DNA of 49,362 nucleotides, from the NCBI GenBank assembly GCA_937907585.1, contig CALCVH010000018.1, positions 1 through 49,362 on the forward strand, in the 5' to 3' direction. Shown here one piece after another: positions 47,144 through 49,362 of the stretch; position 1 is the stretch's first letter; every line of letters starts with the position of its first letter. A program made the translations under genes and the position numbers. The notes below the pieces were generated by a model. The model did no database searches and had not been told where the DNA came from. It saw nothing but the letters and a program-made list of their open reading frames with translations. The DNA is from an uncultured Bacillota bacterium. Lineage in GTDB: Bacteria; Bacillota_I; Bacilli_A; Izemoplasmatales; UBA1188.

Positions 47144-49362
47144 TTATGACACCGTTACAGCAAATGATAACAGGCTATAGTTACCACAAGAATCAACTGT
47201 ATAGTAATAGATAGTCCATATTCCTGTTACATCAGGTGAAAAACTATCAGAATCTATTATCACAAATGAACCAGTAGGTCTTTGAGCGTAGATGCTATAA
47301 GTTAAGTTTTGATCAACGTTATCACTAACCTTAGCAGAAGGTAAGGAAATAGATTCACCTAATTTTATAGATTTAGTGACAGTACCATTAACCATAATAG
47401 TTGGTGAAATATTGTCATAACAATATATATTAAAACTTAATGATGTTTCGTTACTGAATTTATCTATCGCTTTAAATATAACGTTATATTTACCAAATTC
47501 TGTTATTTCAAATGAACAATAACCATCTTTACCTGTTGATAATACTTTACCGTTATATTCAACTCTAACAGTAGCGCTACAGTATTTATCAAATAGATCA
47601 AATGAATCATAATTGAATGATACTTCATCACCTATCTTGTACAGCCTATTTAAATCAGTATAGATGATTGTTGGTTCAGTAATGTCATCAGCGTTATATG
47701 AGAAATCTTGGTTTCCACAGAACTTAGAAAATTGTATTGTTGTTTCATTTATTGAATTATATAAACTTATATTTACATATGCTTTTCCGCTTTCAAAGCC
47801 ATCAAACTCATCACCATTATCATAATTAGTTATCTTAAGGACAGCGTTAAGTCCATCATAAACCCATCCATTTGAGTAAACAATATCAAACGGAATCTTT
47901 GCTGTGCTTATAGCGCCTGCTATAACTACAGATGAATCTTGATTAGATAAAACGCTTGAATCAGCTTTGTTCTTTAAGATATTTAATGTAACTGAATGAT
48001 TCTTATTTACACTATCAGTTAATGTAATAACTAGCTTTGGAGCGTTTTCGTTTGCGTTAATTGCTTTAAAGTCGAATTCAACCATGCTAGTTAATACAGG
48101 GTTTAAGAAATAGAATGAACTATCTCCGTTAGATGCAGTAAACACCATTTCTCCATCTAGATTATCTATAGACATATTATCTGTAACAAAGAAATCTCTA
48201 ATGAACTTACATTCTTTTGCGTAGAATGAATATTCTTTAGATACAGATGTATTATTTAGAATGTTGCTTGCGATTATTTTAAATTTATATTCTCCCTCTT
48301 CTTTTGGAATATAATCTTTTGTTATTTCTTTATATACTCCGTTTGATGGTTCTTTTATCGCATAAGTTACTTTGGCATTTACACCATCGCTGAACGATGA
48401 ATAATCGATAGCGCTAAATTCTGGTATTACTAGTTTATTTCCTACTTCTACTACTTCATCTACTAAAGGGAAATAAACGACAGGCGCTTCATCTATATAT
48501 GTAAGGATAGGATAATCAAAATAGATAGGTGTATCATAATAATCCGTAACTGTATATCTTAAAGTGTATACACCTTGTTTTAAAGGGATGAAATAATTAT
48601 CGCTAGATATTTCAACATTCTTATCGTTATATAGAACACTTACACTATATTTCTTGTTGATAGAGCCGCCATAAACAATCGCTTTAGGAATGCTTATACG
48701 TTCACCAACTTTAGCGTTTGAATCTAGCTCATCTAAAAGGCTTAGGTGTAAATCATTAATTCCTTTTCTAATTTCTACATTTCTAACGTTTTTACCAACG
48801 TTACCAGATCTGTCTTTTGCAGATGCGACAATTGAATAGGTTCCATATCTATCTGGTGTAAACTTATTATCAACTATGCTTATTTCTTTTTGATTAGTTT
48901 CGCCATAATTATAGAATACTTTATAGTTGATATCATAGATAAAGCCATCTAGTAAATCATAAGCGAAACACTCAGTAATAGGCATTGGTCTATTTATTTC
49001 ACCATAGAGATTATCTTCATCTAAAACAGTTTTTTCAATAACTAGTGGTGGGTTATAATCTATAACTCTACCTTTAGTGAAATCCATACCGTTATATGAT
49101 AGAATCGCAACTTGCGCAGTTCTACCGCTGACGATATTGATAAATCTGATGCTGACCTCTAGTTCGGTTGAATCAAAACCATCCCAAGGAATATCAGTTC
49201 CTATCATGTATCTTCCATCATCTAAATCACGAACAAGAACTCTTTTTCCTCTATCACTTCCTGTAACTGAAAACACTTGTTTTGTTTCATAGTCTAAAGC
49301 TAAGAAACCACCTAAAGGAAGTTTGTTGTCGAAGCCTTGTGGAACACCATCATAATCAGAAA
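47144..49362 (-). CDS. large surface/secreted protein with tandem Ig-like (beta-sandwich) repeats (5' end outside the window)
   Basis: The frame stays open upstream of the GTG at 49276 to the window edge (...SDYDGVPQGFDNKLPLGGFLALDYETKQVFSVTG...). At least four units of about 85-100 aa fit the pattern G(D/E)x(I/V)x(I/L)Pxxxxx(D)...Y(x)V...F(I/T)Pxx.G.Y...Y...D..GN, for example the final unit PTIMVNGT...SFAVTVS. Confidence 0.7.
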   Translation of the reverse strand, partial: SDYDGVPQGFDNKLPLGGFLALDYETKQVFSVTGSDRGKRVLVRDLDDGRYMIGTDIPWDGFDSTELEVSIRFINIVSGRTAQVAILSYNGMDFTKGRVIDYNPPLVIEKTVLDEDNLYGEINRPMPITECFAYDLLDGFIYDINYKVFYNYGETNQKEISIVDNKFTPDRYGTYSIVASAKDRSGNVGKNVRNVEIRKGINDLHLSLLDELDSNAKVGERISIPKAIVYGGSINKKYSVSVLYNDKNVEISSDNYFIPLKQGVYTLRYTVTDYYDTPIYFDYPILTYIDEAPVVYFPLVDEVVEVGNKLVIPEFSAIDYSSFSDGVNAKVTYAIKEPSNGVYKEITKDYIPKEEGEYKFKIIASNILNNTSVSKEYSFYAKECKFIRDFFVTDNMSIDNLDGEMVFTASNGDSSFYFLNPVLTSMVEFDFKAINANENAPKLVITLTDSVNKNHSVTLNILKNKADSSVLSNQDSSVVIAGAISTAKIPFDIVYSNGWVYDGLNAVLKITNYDNGDEFDGFESGKAYVNISLYNSINETTIQFSKFCGNQDFSYNADDITEPTIIYTDLNRLYKIGDEVSFNYDSFDLFDKYCSATVRVEYNGKVLSTGKDGYCSFEITEFGKYNVIFKAIDKFSNETSLSFNIYCYDNISPTIMVNGTVTKSIKLGESISLPSAKVSDNVDQNLTYSIYAQRPTGSFVIIDSDSFSPDVTGIWTIYYYTVDSCGNYSLLSFAVTVS

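Overview
This is a strongly AT-rich chromosomal window from a low-GC Bacillota- or Mollicutes-like organism. It uses the standard code: topA ends in TGA, Trp is encoded by TGG, and all long ORFs are intact under code 11. All identifications come from reading the supplied translations and raw sequence; no database search was run.

The window has three parts.

1. 1-25.2 kb is densely packed housekeeping DNA with Bacillus-like synteny. The minus strand carries atpC(partial)-atpDGAHFEB-atpI-atpZ, upp, rpiB, tsaC and a HAD phosphatase. A plus-strand block follows with a membrane protein, a soluble FtsK/SftA-like translocase, lepB, rbgA and rnhB. The minus strand then carries ffh-ylxM-ftsY, topA, and prmC-prfA-dnaB-rplI-gdpP.

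2. 25.3-32.4 kb is an accessory-looking stretch. It holds a lipase-like lipoprotein with InlB-B/Flg_new repeats, an SGNH hydrolase, a stand-alone AAA/DUF4143 ATPase with a PD-(D/E)xK-like tail, an XRE-HTH+TPR regulator, a small 2-TM protein, a SASA-type esterase lipoprotein and a decayed YoeB/Txe toxin remnant.

3. 32.4-49.4 kb is one very tightly packed minus-strand gene train of at least 15 genes, running off the window edge. In transcription order it encodes:
- a giant Ig-like-repeat surface protein and a DUF4838-like lipoprotein
- two tandem UPF0309-type SIS proteins and a PfkB kinase
- two cytoplasmic esterases flanking a YitT membrane protein
- an iron-sulfur flavoprotein and an MFS transporter
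- the complete galacturonate (Ashwell) pathway, uxaB-uxaA-kdgK-eda-uxaC

I saw no rRNA, tRNA, CRISPR array, integrase or transposase.

The most interesting observations are:
- gdpP and rplI are in frame with no stop codon between them.
- An uncharacterised SIS-SIS-kinase plus surface-glycan module is welded onto the uronate pathway.
- The FtsK-family motor has no membrane domain and is translationally coupled to a separate single-pass membrane protein.
- Several intergenic palindromes and phased repeats are not explained by the genes.
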